A stretch of 64,000 nucleotides of DNA from Eledone cirrhosa (GCA_964016885.1 OZ024740.1:336536001-336600000); one strand, 5' to 3'. Shown: positions 28,779-41,813, counted from the stretch's first letter. Numbers and translations are program-made. The notes: generated by a model from the sequence alone, not told the origin.

Positions 28779-29619
28779 GTTCTTTTGTGAGCCCCCCAAA
28801 GACTTCAATGTTAAAACAGTTTCTGGCATAACATTAGAATTTATATTTATCTTTGCACGATAATCTTTCTTTTTTTTTTTTTTTTTTTTTTTTTTTCACT
28901 TTAAAATACCTGGAGTATTTTCCAGATTTTTCTCTAATAAAATGAACCGATGACCTTAACAACCTTAACAACCTTCCCGTACTGTTTATATGTGATATGC
29001 AGGCTTTTAAACTAATGATTTCTTACAATGACACAAGGTCACTAATTTACTATTCTGGAATGATATAATCGATTGAATCGACTTCTCATATATTGCAAGT
29101 AATTATTTTAACGATTCCGGGTCATAAAAGGTGAGGTCAAAAATCTAGCTGAGATTGCCCAGCCGACGCAAAAGCTAAGTGAAATCCAGCTGAGATTATT
29201 ACCCAGCCGACGCAATGAATTATAATTGAATTCCACAAATGGTTGAGTCCGGCATCCTGTCGTTTCTGAAACTCGATAGCCTTATAAATATCTAAAACAT
29301 CGATTCTTAAATTGGCACAATTCTACAAATTTATATCGAACGTGTAGAATAGATTAATCTTACTCGGTATATTACTGGTATCTTTTCTTTTTAATGAAAG
29401 GCAAAGTTGATTCATGTGGGATTTGAACTCATACTGATGGCTCAGCACCTCAGATATAATTATGGGTGGACATTTGAATTTTTCAAAACCCGTCATATTA
29501 GTAAATTAAAGTAATGAGGTTACCGTGGGAAGTTAGATTCAATTTTAAACATTTACATCTCCATTTTTGTAAAGTCGATGGATAAGAAAAATGTTTCCGA
29601 TATCATAATTTTCTAGAGA

Positions 29620-30738
29620 ATTATTATAAAGTCCGACAAAAAGGATAATCCGGCATGTGTCTGGAATCAAGGTTGCCGTAAAATCGATGTTGTAGTACTA
29701 CAATTTTTAAATATGGTGTTGTTTCTGTTTCTTCAAAGGGCAACAACGTTGTTTTGACCAGACTTTTCAAGAACAAGAAATCACTGGAAAGTAACACCGG
29801 AAAGCAGGTCTCCCATAGATCATCCACTGTGGAAGCCGTACTGTTCCCGTCTAGGGTAACAATATTGGTTTGGTCGGACTTTTCAATGGGAAGGAACCAT
29901 TCGATAGTGACACCGGAAAGCAGGTCTACCGTAGAAGCCGTACTGTTCTTGCCAAGAGTAACAACTTTGCTTTGGCCAGCCATCTCAAGGGCAAGAAAGC
30001 ATTGTGAGAGAGCAAGTCTACCATTGATCAATCACTGAAAGCCATACAGGTGGTTAATCGCTGTAGAGACAGTGGTAGATTAGCAATAGCTGTGTTTGAA
30101 AGTGAGGTATAGATTAAAGATGTTTGGTATATCTGTCTTTTCTATCGCTTAGCCTGAAGGAACATCAGTGCTCATAACTCTTTTTTAGGTCTCCAAGATT
30201 GGTGGAAGAAAGGAATGAAAGTATCATCAAACCTGAATCCTAACCCGGGTGCTTGCAGAGGAGTAGGCTCTGCAAAATGCACCGATGGACCAAGTGGTTG
30301 TGTCAAACCGAACGATGGATTAAGCCTAACACACAAGTAACCCACGGTGAGATTTTAACCCGGAATAAAATGTTTCGGAAAAATACCTCAAAGGATTTGG
30401 TTTGATGCTGTAACAATTCTGCAAGTCCACCATCTTATGCTATTACTTTATTTATCGATCCCAGAAGGTTAGAAAGCAAAATTAGCCTTGGTTGGATCTG
30501 AACTCAGACCACAAAGAGCGAGGTAAATACCACAAAGTATTTCGTCCAATGCTCTAACATTTCTGTCAATTTACCGATGATGTTACTAACTATTCCAGGG
30601 GTTTTAGGGTAGTAAATGATTCGGCTTCTACGTCAATAGCGTCGGCGTGGGGAGGAGTGTGAGAAACAGGAGGAGTAGTGATCACTGAAATCGTAGAAGA
30701 CGATGATATCAGAGAGGGTATATGTGAAACATCGTAAT
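29620..30738 (-). pseudogene. decayed large exon: Ser/Thr/Pro-rich segment plus 34-aa tandem repeats, split by SINE remnants
   Basis: Acceptor TTCTGTCTCACATCAG|AT, then YDVSHIPSLISSSSTISVITTPPVSHTPP...; SINE remnants at ~30340-30580. The 102-bp units differ by many synonymous changes in the minus-strand frame. Confidence 0.55.
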
Positions 30739-31174
30739 CTGATGTGAGACAGAAATTTTTTAATAGATTTTTGCTGAAGAAATGTGTTAAACATGTAATA
30801 AAAGGAAACTAAGTTTAGAAGGTTTTTGGCGGATATTCAGGAAGCTGAAATCACTGATTGATGTAAAATTGTTGACGGGAAAAATTAAAAACAATTATTT
30901 TTTTTTTATTCTTAGCTATTAATTTACCAAATTCATTAAAACTTCTGAAACCCTTCATTTTAAACATCAAACAATATAATTTAGACATGGTTATCTTCAT
31001 AAAATCAAAGAACTCTTACTATGCCACCTTAGAACTTTCTTTCGAGATATTTCTATTTATATCGATTGTTCCAGCAACAACCTCAGCAACAACGACAGTT
31101 GCAGACTAAGGAATATAAATATATTTAAGTTTCTCTTTACTATCTTAGAATCAAGAGATCTCCTTTGTTCATAC

Positions 31175-31486
31175 CTGCAGGCTATGAAATAGCGAGATTC
31201 TTTTACTGCATGAATGAAGTAATTATCAACGTTAGACAGATTAAATACTTTTATAGGAGGAATATTGTTTCCATTTGAACCTAAACTGAGCGAGATGGGA
31301 TAGAGGGAGGAGTGAAAACGCAAACAAAACACTGCTGCCGAGAAGATGAAAGAGGTTAACGAAATTCAACTTCTCTGCAAAAGCTGCCAGAATTGCCGGA
31401 AGCACTGTAAAATTTAACCACACAGCTTCGGTAACTGAGTTCTCTCCCTCTAAGCTATCAAAGACCGTAATCTATTTTGTGTAGAT
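31175..31486 (-). pseudogene. decayed 312-bp exon, weakly MAM-like
   Basis: Acceptor TTTTCTCTCTTTAG| and donor GCAG|GTATGA; FCLRFHSSLY segment; stops in all frames. Confidence 0.45.
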
Positions 31487-31724
31487 CTAAAGAGAGAAAA
31501 ATAAATTAATTGATACTTCCGACTGCAACGCAGTTTATTTTATTTATTTTGAAACTGAAACTGAAACTATTAACCAGTCAAGACTCACAGCACGAATAGG
31601 TGGAAGTATTCGTACACAGTTAAAAGCCTGTATCTGATATAGTAAATAATCTTTTTGTTGTTAAAATGGCAGCTATAAAGCTAAAATAGTTACATATACA
31701 GTTCCACACACATATTTTAAAGTT

Positions 31725-32460
31725 AATTTCACACACATGCACAAACATACACATTTTAGTTAGTTCCACACACATACACATTTTAGTTAGTTCCACACAC
31801 ATACACATTTTAGTTAGTTCTACACACATACACCTTGTTAGTTCCGCATACAAACATCTACGGGGTTAGTTTCACGTACAGTCAACTACGTAGTTAGTTC
31901 CACACACATATATGTTATATTTAATTACATACATAATATAATCAGTTCTGCACACTACACACACATGCACCGTACACACACAGGTACATACATGCACCGT
32001 ACATATTATTTACATAAATAATTGTTTCTACTTTTGGCACAAGGCCAGAAACTATCTCAGTGTATTACTGGTACTTTATTTTATCGACCCCGTAAGAATG
32101 AAAGGCAAAGTTCACCTCGGTGGGATTTGAACGCAGACCGTAAAGGGCCGTAACTCTATGCTGCAGAGCATAGCATCCGACGCTCTACCGATACTGATAA
32201 TACAGTTAGTTCTTCACACATAAACACACATAGGTCTACATACATGTTATAGGTAGTACCATACACATACATCTTATAGTAATTACACGTATAATATAGT
32301 TAGTGGTTAGTTCCATACACATACAACACAGTCGAAAACACGCATATATCTGAGAGTTAGTCACATAAAGTAGTTAGTTCCACACACATACATATATACG
32401 CATACATACATTTTATAGTAAGTTACACACACATACATATTATAGTTATTTATACACATA
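31725..32460. repeat. degenerate ~30-bp tandem repeat (TTAGTTAGTTCCACACACATACACATT) with a SINE A (-) at 32020-32200
   Basis: Three near-perfect units at 31746-31830; degenerate beyond that. Confidence 0.7.
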
Positions 32461-32582
32461 TAGACATCGTATTTCAATAATTCATATTTTCTGAAACTAC
32501 CTTTGCTCACTACTTAAAAATAATATCAATTTGTGTGTTCAATATTTTATTAGATTACATAAATAATGTAATAGATATACTG

Positions 32583-32880
32583 AAGGTGGCGAATTGACAG
32601 AATTGATACGGTATTTGATACGGCTCACCTTGATCTGAGTTCATATCACGCCGTGGGTCAACTTTACCTTCCATCCTTTCGAGGTCAATTAATAAAGTAC
32701 TTGTTCGGTATGGGGCTGATTTTTCCTACCTCTCTCTTTCTTTCTTTCTTTCTCTTTGTCTGCCTTTGTCTCTCTGTGTTCCGACCTGGAGGGGGATGAG
32801 TTCCGCCAGGTTTTAAAATGCCCAAGACATACCATGTCATGACGACACTCCTACGATTCCACCGGGAGTTAAGAGACCTT
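32583..32880 (+). mobile_element. SINE family A subtype B
   Basis: Core plus alternative tail; TSD TAATAGATATACT. Confidence 0.8.
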
Positions 32881-33112
32881 TACCTTTTTAATAGATATAC
32901 TACTGGCAAGGTGAAGGCAAACTTCTGCAGTAGACAACAGATGTGTTGAGGCAAATATTATATATTGTATATTAAGATATAAGAAAATACCCAATGAGAC
33001 GCTGGTGGCATGGCTGTGTGGTGAAGTAGTTCACTTTGCAACCACGTGGTTTTGAGTTCATTTCCACTATGTGACACCTTTAACAAATGTATTTATTATC
33101 ATACCCTCCTGT

Positions 33113-33335
33113 GAGGGCGGTGGATAAGCAGTATCGGTAGAGAGCCGGACGCCATGCTTTGCAGAATAGAGTTATGGCCCTTTATGGTCTGAGTTCAAAT
33201 CCCGCCGAGGTTAACTTTGCCTTTCATCCTTACGGGGTCGATAAAATAAAGTACCAGTCACACACTGGGGTCGATTTAATCGACTTTCCCCTCCCCAAAA
33301 ATTGCTGGCCTTGTGCCTATATAAGAAACCACTAT
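33113..33335 (+). mobile_element. young full-length SINE family A
   Basis: Intact head, B box, core and tail; TSD ATACCCTCCTGT. Confidence 0.92.
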
Positions 33336-33394
33336 TATACCCTCCTGTATGTTTATATAATGTAAACCTCACGTAATATAATGTGTGCACTCCA

Positions 33395-33805
33395 TCGGTT
33401 ATTACATGCAGAATGTTTGGAATGTTTTACATATTTTTACTGTTCCATTAACGAATTGTACTTATAATTTCCTAACTATGTATGTATGTTCTTCTGGTTT
33501 TGTAATTTCACACATTTTTGCCAATAGAGAGAGAGCCGGTTTCTAACATAGACACAAGACTCTCTCATTGGAATTTACACAACATCAACTAGGTAGATAT
33601 GTATGCATGTCGGCATGCATTCATGTGTGTGCAGATATGAATGTTATTGTATGTGTGGATGTGGATGTTTTGAGTTGTATGTGTGCATGTGCATATGCTT
33701 TGTATCTGTACAAGTGTATATGCAGTTATTAGATGCAGAATTTTTGGAATGTTTTACATGTTTACTGTTCCATTAACGAATTGTACTTGTAATTTCCTAA
33801 CTAGT
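33395..33805 (-). mobile_element. two 3' fragments of the R4-like LINE seen at 42215-43290
   Basis: 33530-33590 and 33720-33803 match the reverse complement of 43130-43195 and 42925-43015. 33398-33477 repeats the ORF-end segment. (CATA)n tail. Confidence 0.7.
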
Positions 33806-34794
33806 ATCTATATATATATATGTATATATGTATGTATGCCTTGGTATGTATGTATATATGTAAGTATTGGTATGTATGTATGTATGTATGTATGTATGTC
33901 AAAGGGCAAAGGAGCTCTTAAGAGTCAATGGCCATCCAAAATCACCGGGAGAGATGACCCCTTAGCCTTTGTCAAGGCAGAATTCTAGGAGAAGGAAAAC
34001 TCTGATATAACACCTGCAACGCTGATGGTATCCAATGATGTTGACTTGTTCTTCTTTTTGGTAAATATCATCTTGGTTAAGAGAGTGGGACTGGCTTTGT
34101 GCAGTGCATTTGCTCACTATAAAAGCTTCACAGCACAGGCATTGCTTTATATCTGGAAATCTCTCTGCACTTGTCGTCACATGGTACCATGGGCCCAGCA
34201 CTATGTGTCAATAATTGTCACAGGTGTAGTGTTTGTACCAGAGTTTTCAAGTCGCTGGCTGGACTAAAAAGTCACACTCGTTCAGCGCATCGGTAGGGGT
34301 TCTCCTACATGGATATAAAGTAGTGGCCGTACTCGAAAACGAGTTGGTAGCCACCATGTATGTATGTATACGTATACACCTAGACGTGTAGTCTGGAAAT
34401 TCTACTAATACTGCTCAGTGAATCTGAGTACATCTCAGTACAACACATAATATATAATTACATCATATGTGATATTAATGTCATTTTTATTAGGCGGAAT
34501 ACTGCTGTCATTTCTCTCAGCTATTGATCTTGTTTCTGTCAGATAATTAATTTGTTTTCGTACTTTAAAAAATAAATATAATTCACATACATTTCATTCA
34601 TATTTAATTTCTGAAAACTAAGTTTTGTTGTTGTTGGTGGTGGTGGTGGTGGTGGTGGTGGTTGTGGTGGTGCTGGTGCTGGTGTTGGTGCTGGTGGTAT
34701 GGTGGTGGTAGTAGTGGATGGTGTTGTTTTAATTATACGGGTCTTGTTCATGCTTCTTTGTATGTCTTGGAATGTCTGTCTGTCGAAATGACTA

Positions 34795-34906
34795 AAAATA
34801 TGTATGTATGTATGTATGTACGTACATATGTATGTATGTACGTTCGTCTGTATGTATATATGTACGTACGTACGTCTGTATGTATGTATGTTTGAACGTA
34901 TATATA

Positions 34907-34941
<35 letters not shown>

Positions 34942-35165
34942 TTGAACGTATATATATATATGTATGTATGTATGTATGTACGTACATTATGTATGTACGT
35001 TCGTCTGTATGTATATATGTACGTACGTACGTCTGTGTGTATGTATGTATGTTTGAACGTATGTATGTATGTATGTATGTATGTATGTATGTATGTATGT
35101 ATGTATGTATGTATGTATGTTTGAACGTATATATATATATGTATGTATGTATGTATGTTTGAATG
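34795..35165. repeat. (TATG)n-based compound repeat with recurring TTTGAACG and CGTCTG interruptions
   Basis: Seen directly. Confidence 0.9.
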
Positions 35166-35322
35166 TATCTCTGAATATGTGTGTCTGTCTGATTTTGTTT
35201 CCAAACCTAAACATTATTTCTGAAATACAAAATATATTTTCTAAATGAAATGAATGTTTATTTTTGTCTGAAGATTGGTGAAATATATAGCTGTAGGTCA
35301 TATACATTCATACATACATATG

Positions 35323-35442
<120 letters not shown>

Positions 35443-35565
35443 AGTATGTGTATGCGTCTACATATAAATACATACACACATATATATACACACATACACA
35501 TGCACACTTAAACAGATAATAAATTAAATCTATTATTTCGACGCCATGTTACGTATCATTTTTAC

Positions 35566-35655
35566 CTTCGGTCATTTGGTGGAGTGGTGGAAATAAAAAT
35601 GGCGATATATTTAGTAAATGGCGTCAGAAATAAATACCGGAAATATTCTAGTAAA
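35566..35655 (-). pseudogene. candidate 90-bp exon of the decayed gene
   Basis: Acceptor TTCTTCCTAAAACAG| and donor GAAG|GTAAAA; no motif recognised. Confidence 0.3.
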
Positions 35656-36221
35656 CTGTTTTAGGAAGAAATATAAATCAATTCTTTTTTTATCCAATGT
35701 CAAGCTGTTTATTACTTACTTATTACTGATGGTGCCGTTGTTGTTGTTGTTGTTGTTGTTGTTGTTATTATTCTTGTAGATGTTCTTGTTGGTGGTGGTG
35801 TTCTTATAATTCCTTCTTGGCTCAACGTTTCGTCCTGATAAATAGCTAGATTAGACTGCCATCATATATTACTATTTCGATAAATATATAGATTGACTGA
35901 TTTCATATTATTAAATATTTTGCTTCAAATTATTATTGTTGTTGTTGTTGTTGTGGCGGCTGTTTTTGTTGTTGTTAGACGAATAATTCTCTCTCTTATT
36001 CGTCATCGCAGCAAGCACGTGAACTCAACATTCGCTTTAAGGCAAACATTAAACCATAGAAAAATATAAGCCTGATAGTGTGTGGACATAGTGTCATTGT
36101 GTGTCGGCAAAGGAGGTTAATGACACCATCAGAACAGTCAGTTACACTAGCATGAAAAGAAAGAAAAATTAGAATATCTCGGGTTGAAAATACCTAAAAG
36201 TGATATCATTGACTACAGAAT

Positions 36222-36527
36222 CAGGGTGGGACTTAGATCTTAGTGGGGGGTCCGGGGCACTTTAGGTTTGAGGAGCCCCTCATACACAAAAAATTAGAAT
36301 ACACCCCCACCCCCCACCATTTTACATATCAAAGTTAGCTTGACGCAAGTAATTGGAACTGAAAAGTTATGCCATACGGGTATTAAATTAAAAAATGCTA
36401 ACCATCCTAAAACTAAAAAGCCCAGTTGAGAGCACAAATAAATTGCTACGGCCGTCGCTGGTGGAGTCCCCCACTGTAGGGTGTCCGGGTCAATTGCCCA
36501 CTTTGCCCCCCATTAGATCCGTCCCTG
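36222..36527. mobile_element. hAT-type MITE
   Basis: Termini CAGGG...CCCTG; 8-bp TSD TACAGAAT/TACAGGAT. A similar terminus occurs at ~15570-15620. Confidence 0.75.
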
Positions 36528-36602
36528 TACAGGATACATAGCGAAAGGAAGATAGCAATAGACTGTAGTGACAGTGTGACGCTATAAGCAGGAAGAACGC
36601 AC

Positions 36603-36887
36603 CTCACTAGAATATATAATGATGTCACTGTACATTGGTGGATGAATCACAAATGACTGTGACCAACATACCACTCCATATAGATTAAGCCAAGGTGATA
36701 ACAATGATCGAAGAATGCGGGAGTTTATAGAACTGACATCCACCTTACGGTAAAACCAGGTTGACACACTTATGAAATTTTATGTGTTAATTGGACCTGA
36801 AGATTCTGGCGACATTCTCGAATAGTTCTTCTGGAAGTTTAAACAAATACAAGTGGTGATCGAGAGCATGAGGTTTAAACACTACAC
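36603..36887 (-). pseudogene. decayed MAM-like domain exon (285 bp)
   Basis: Acceptor TTCTGTTTCCGTGCAG| and donor GAG|GTGCGT. Reads PESSGPINT*NFISVST...RSLLSPWLNLYGVVCWS, compare MAM TGP...LxSP......C. Confidence 0.55.
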
Positions 36888-37419
36888 CTGCACGGAAACA
36901 GAACACATAGAGATTTCTATCCCACGAGAGAGAGAAAGGGGTGGGGTGCTCCCAATACCTCTACCAATGCCACCACAGAAATCACAGCAGAAAGAACAGC
37001 AATGGTATGTAGAGAAAAAAATCTCTAACAACCTCTTCTGAAGGAGTTAGCAGTGAAGTGTCCTCTTAAATAAATAATATACAGGCAAGAATAAGCTCAG
37101 GTATACACTGACATAACGTTGACACCTTCCAATTCCTTAAATGAAGATGACGAGGGTTACAGAGAAGAATCGGGAAAATAACAGAAAACAGAGAAATCAG
37201 TAGTTTCCTTAAATAAAAAACTTATTGTGGCGAAACAACAAGAACAACAACTACATCAGCAACAACAACAGCAGCCCTGTAAGCAACAGCAACAACACCA
37301 TCAAAGGAAGCTACAACAAGCACAAGATCTACAACGACAAGAGCAGAAACCTCAGCTACAACTACCACAATAGAAACAACAGTAGATACAACAACAACAA
37401 TAAAAAGAACAACAACAAC

Positions 37420-37640
37420 GATAATTGTTTCTACTTTTGTCACAAGGCCAGCAATTTGAAGAGGAGGGGTCAGTCGATTAAATCTACACCAGTGCGTTAC
37501 TGGTAATGTATTTATCGATCCTATAAGGATGAAAAGTAAAGCTAACCTTGGTGGGATTTGAACTCAGAACGTAAAGGAGCGTAACTATATGCCGAAAAGC
37601 ATATCGTCCGACGATCTTCCGATACTGCCAATCCACCGCC
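37420..37640 (-). mobile_element. SINE family A
   Basis: Full reverse-oriented copy. Confidence 0.88.
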
Positions 37641-37759
37641 AAACAGCGATAATAAACACTTCTTAGTTTCACTATTACTCAGAAAGAAACAATGAATCAA
37701 TCGAGTTCGTACACAAACACTAAGATATAACAACAGAAAGAGACTGACAATTGATTAAA

Positions 37760-38953
37760 ACAATACGAGGAGTCTACTCAGAACACGTGAAAAGATTTCT
37801 ACGTGATTTGGGGGTTTTGGAAATAATCCCAAGTTGCAAATGTTTGCAGAACATTTCGGACACTACCACGACAAATAGTCTTAAAGTACAGTTACTACCA
37901 ACAGTTCGGACACTACTACGACAAACAACTCTAAAGTACAGTTACTACCAACAGTTCGGGCACTCCCACGACAAATAGTCTTAAAGTACCGTTACTACCA
38001 ACAGTTCTGGCACTCCCACGACAAACAACTCTAAAGTACCGTTACTACCAACAGTTCGGGCACTCCCACGACAAATAGCCTTAAAGTACCGTTATTACTA
38101 ACAGTTCGGGCACTCCCACGATAAATAGCCTTAAATTACCGTTATTACTAACAGTTCGGGCACTCCCACAATAAACAGTCTTAAAGTACCGTTATTACTA
38201 ACAGTTCGGGCACTCCCACGACAAATAGCCTTAAAGTACCGTTATTACTAACAGTTCGGGCACTCCCACGACAAATAGCCTTAAAGTACTGTTATTACTA
38301 ACAGTTCGGGCACTCCCACGATAAATAGCTTTAAATTACCGTTATTACTAACAGTTCTGGCACTCCCACGACAAATAGCCTTAAAGTACCGTTATTACTA
38401 ACAGTTCTGGCACTCCCACGACAAACAGCCTTAAAGTACCGTTATTACTAACAGTTCGGGCACTCCCACGACAAATAGCCTTAAAGTACCGTTATTACTA
38501 ACAGTTCGGGCACTCCCACGACAAATAGTCTTAAAGTACTGTTATTACCAACATTTAAAACAAGGTAAGCGGCATTCCCCACTCTTTAGTCACATGTGAC
38601 CTGGAAACAACGTTGAATCAGCGACACTTACTCAAATATTTCGGGTGGCAATGAAGTAGCCATGTGGTAGCAATTTGGTAGCTAACCTTCTGGACAACTA
38701 TGAGGTCTGCGCCCCTTTAGACAGCGCTGTGTCGAAAAGATATAGACCTAGAAGTATGTACGAATCAGTTGGAACTCCTGGACATGAGAAACGGTAAAGG
38801 TGACAGTACTTTTCAGATTGGTGGACATTTATGCTATGGCAAGAGCTGGAAGACCAAATTTATTCAGATATCTAAAAGTTTTCCTCGGAACATCGCGCTC
38901 CTTTGTGTTAAAGGACGAGTGGGATATTATCTTACACGTACACAGGGATTGTA
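37760..38953 (-). pseudogene. decayed trypsin-like (S1) protease exon, C-terminal part, containing a minisatellite
   Basis: VR(+2 nt)KIISHSSFN...LKSTVTF..HVQ...QVTCD*RVGN...RLFVVGV..FC..LGIISK; several stops. Confidence 0.6.
37850..38555. repeat. 50-bp minisatellite, ~14 copies
   Basis: Unit TTAAAGTACCGTTATTACTAACAGTTCGGGCACTCCCACGACAAATAGCC. Confidence 0.97.
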
Positions 38954-39210
38954 CTGGGGTATCCGATAAGAAGGTGTGGGTGTAAAAATTTGACAGAGTT
39001 TTCGTAATATTAACCGTTGGGAATAGTGTAAGTTATTCACTGTTTCGTGATATACACAGTCAACTTAGACAAGACAAAGAAAAGCAAGGTCATGGTAACT
39101 GAAAACAATGTATCTTTCTCGACATAGCAAGATTTCAAGGATCGGATTAACTAATCAGTTAAGCGAGATTTGATATGTGGAGTTTGTCGCAAGGAAACGA
39201 ATGAGCTTAC

Positions 39211-39440
39211 CTTTACGTCTCCACTCCATTCCGAACTGAATCTCCCTGCGCGGATGTTCACTTGTTTAACGTCCGGTCAAAGAATACAGTGAGTCTCTCA
39301 CACACAATCATAGTACTCATGAACATGCACGTCACACGGTACTGCTTCCTGACCAAAGACGGCAGGAATGGCCCGCAAACTCTGATATCATGACACTGGT
39401 CTCTCACTTCCGGCAATACCTCCCTTACACTTCCGGCACC
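39211..39440 (-). pseudogene. decayed trypsin-like protease exon, N-terminal part (230 bp, phase 1 to 0)
   Basis: CATAG| ... AAG|GTAAGC. Reads CRKCKGGIAGSE...C...CV*ETHCIL*PDVKQVNIRAG, compare IVGG...C...TAAHC...VRLG. Three TGA stops, no frameshift. Confidence 0.65.
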
Positions 39441-39589
39441 CTATGTCCACATAGTTATTAACAAGAAGCGGTGGGACTTACTGAACATGAAGCTTAAAGC
39501 GGAATTTGCTCGGGAAAATTACCGTGCTAGTGACTCTTCTAATTTGCCAAATTTAGCTCAAGGCAAAAAAGGGTAAAGGAGGGCTTTGA

Positions 39590-39902
39590 ATGCTTGGTGG
39601 GGTATTAACAGTGCCGTCCTGCCACACAGCATGACGAGCCATTTCAAACCTGGTGGATCCTAACCTATTTCAGGTCGGAACACAGCCGATTTCTTCAAGA
39701 GAAACAGAGAGAGAAAGGGATAAAGAGAGATTGAGGAAGAATTGGCCCCAGTATTGGACTAACACTTTATTTATCGACCCCGAAAGGATGAATGGTAAAG
39801 TTGACCTCATTGGCATTTGAACTCAAAGACTGCAAAAAGCTGGAACAAAAACCGAGGCACTTAATCTGACAACGCTAACAACTCTACTCATTCACCGCCT
39901 TT
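39590..39902 (-). mobile_element. SINE family A subtype B
   Basis: Reverse core TTTATCGACCCCGAAAGGATGAA plus alternative tail. Confidence 0.8.
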
Positions 39903-39949
39903 CTAAATCAGTTGCATGTCTAAAATATTTCTTTATTCTTCATTGGTGA

Positions 39950-40448
39950 TTATGCTGTTTGGCACCTTAAAAAGGAGAGATGTTGGTGTTGGTTATCTAA
40001 TTTGTGTGATATCCAGACAAAAGCAGATAAAAGAAATGTTCGACGTTTAAATTATATCACCATTCAAATTAAACTACTACTGATAGCGCTAAGTAACACG
40101 TCATAATATATTGTCTGTGCGATGCGTTACTTCTTAAATAACACACCATTCAGACAGTATGTTTAGATTAGTCTTTCGTTTATTGTCGTTAATATTAAAA
40201 GATTCTATAAACTTCAGTACCAACCATTGTGTTTATTATCGATTTTCCCCTTACGACTAGTAACATATAAAGCTTTACAATATGTCTTTTAGCTTGTCAA
40301 ATCAAGACCGCCGCCTTTAGGCAAGGGAGATAATATGCTGAAAATAACTGCGGTTACTTCCCTTGTATTTATAATTTATCTTTTCTTTTTCTATTAAGAT
40401 TTCTGCGACAGAAGTTTTGTGATGTAATTATCCGTGATGTTTTCACTC
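39950..40448 (-). pseudogene. two decayed CUB-like exons (40448-40255 and ~40079-39950)
   Basis: CTAACAG|..SRIITSQNF...IQG...|GTAAGG (compare GxITSPNFP) and GDII*TSNISFICFCLD (compare IxSxSNxLxIxFxSD). Confidence 0.4.
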
Positions 40449-40463
40449 CTGTTAGGAATTAAT

Positions 40464-40500
<37 letters not shown>

Positions 40501-40924
40501 AAAATTGAACCAAGCTTTGTTCCTTTATAAGAAACCACTACGTTGGTTTCCCACCGGCAATGTAACAAATTGAGAGAGATTAGACAGAAAAAGAGAGAGA
40601 TTTGTGTTAAAGTGGAGTTGTGACATTCATGCCTCGCCCAACGTCGATAGCAACGCTAAATGAAGCAGTTTGAACAGGAAAATTAGAATTCTCTAGAAAA
40701 CTAATATTTTGAAGTATAACTTAGATGCCTGTATATAACATAGGAACAAGATTACAAGTTGATGAGGAAATGGTATCGGTGTTTACATCGATCTCTGTAC
40801 CTGACTGGTACCTTACTTTATCACCCCTGGGAGGGTGGAAAGCAAAGTTTACCTCAGCAGGATTTGAAACTCCAACACATAACTTAGTGTTTATAATCGT
40901 ATAAAGTGACATGGTGGCAGTAAT

Positions 40925-41107
40925 GGTGATTGTGGTGGTGTTGTTGCTGTTGTTATGATTGTTGTTGTTGGTGTGTTTCTTGTTGCAACTGTTGTTGTTC
41001 TTATTGTTGTTGTTGTTGTTATTCTTGTTGCTGCTGTTGTTATTGTTTGTTGTTGTTGCTGTTGTCGTTCATGTTGTTGCAGATCTTTGTTCTTGACGCT
41101 CGCATAA

Positions 41108-41146
<39 letters not shown>

Positions 41147-41300
41147 CGTCGTCGCCGTCCTTACCATCGCCTCCGTCTTCGCCGTCGTCGCCAACGTCGT
41201 CATCGCCATCCTGCCGTCGTCGTCGTCACCGTCATCGCCACCGTCGCCGCCGTCACGGTCGTCGTCGTCGTCGCCGTTGCCGCCGTCATCGCCACTGTTC
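40925..41300. repeat. (GTT)n/(GTC)n/(GCC)n compound trinucleotide repeat
   Basis: Seen directly. Confidence 0.92.
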
Positions 41301-41685
41301 ACGTTGTTCTTTTCGTTTATGTTTTCATTTGTATTTTTATTGTCATTATATTGTGTTTATATGGCCATATATATATGCTGCCATTTATGTATTGTCATTT
41401 ACATGGTATTTATGTGGTCATTTATGATGTGTTTGTGGTACTGGCGGTGTTTGTGGTGCTGAGGTGTGGTGGTGCTGGTGCTGGTGTTGATGGTGGTCTT
41501 CAATTACATTACAGTGCCTTTAATAATTATTTCCAGAATCTAACATTTTAACTATTTCTATGGATATCATACAAATGAATAAACATAATAATAAATATTT
41601 GAAATGTGTGCGTCCCAATGCAAATGACCATAATAATAGTCGATCAACCTTCTCTTATTACTCCTCGGACTTTCTGTTCTCCGAA

Positions 41686-41723
41686 CGTTCCTGATGAAGG
41701 ACTTCTGTCCGAAACGTAGAAAC
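41686..41723 (+). ncRNA. minimal type I hammerhead ribozyme in a Penelope-like terminal repeat (~41640-41805)
   Basis: GTTC-CTGATGA-A-GGAC-TTCT-GTCC-GAA-ACGT-A-GAA: core boxes, perfect 4-bp stem II, palindromic ACGU stem III, GUA site. Confidence 0.7.
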
Positions 41724-41813
41724 CTCCTCCACTTCCACCAAGCGTGAATCTAATATAATTGTAAAATTGCCTCCTGTGTTTTGTTTGTTTATTTTTCAAC
41801 TATATGTATATTG

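Noticed and set aside
29780-30040. TGA read as Trp or Sec (alternative code, foreign insert) in the 34-aa repeat
   Set aside because: TGA also replaces a Gly-position codon and frameshifts are present, so ordinary decay explains it.
38601-38631. intron GTAAGT...TTCCAG in the protease pseudogene
   Set aside because: Only 31 nt, and the protease-like frame reads straight through it.
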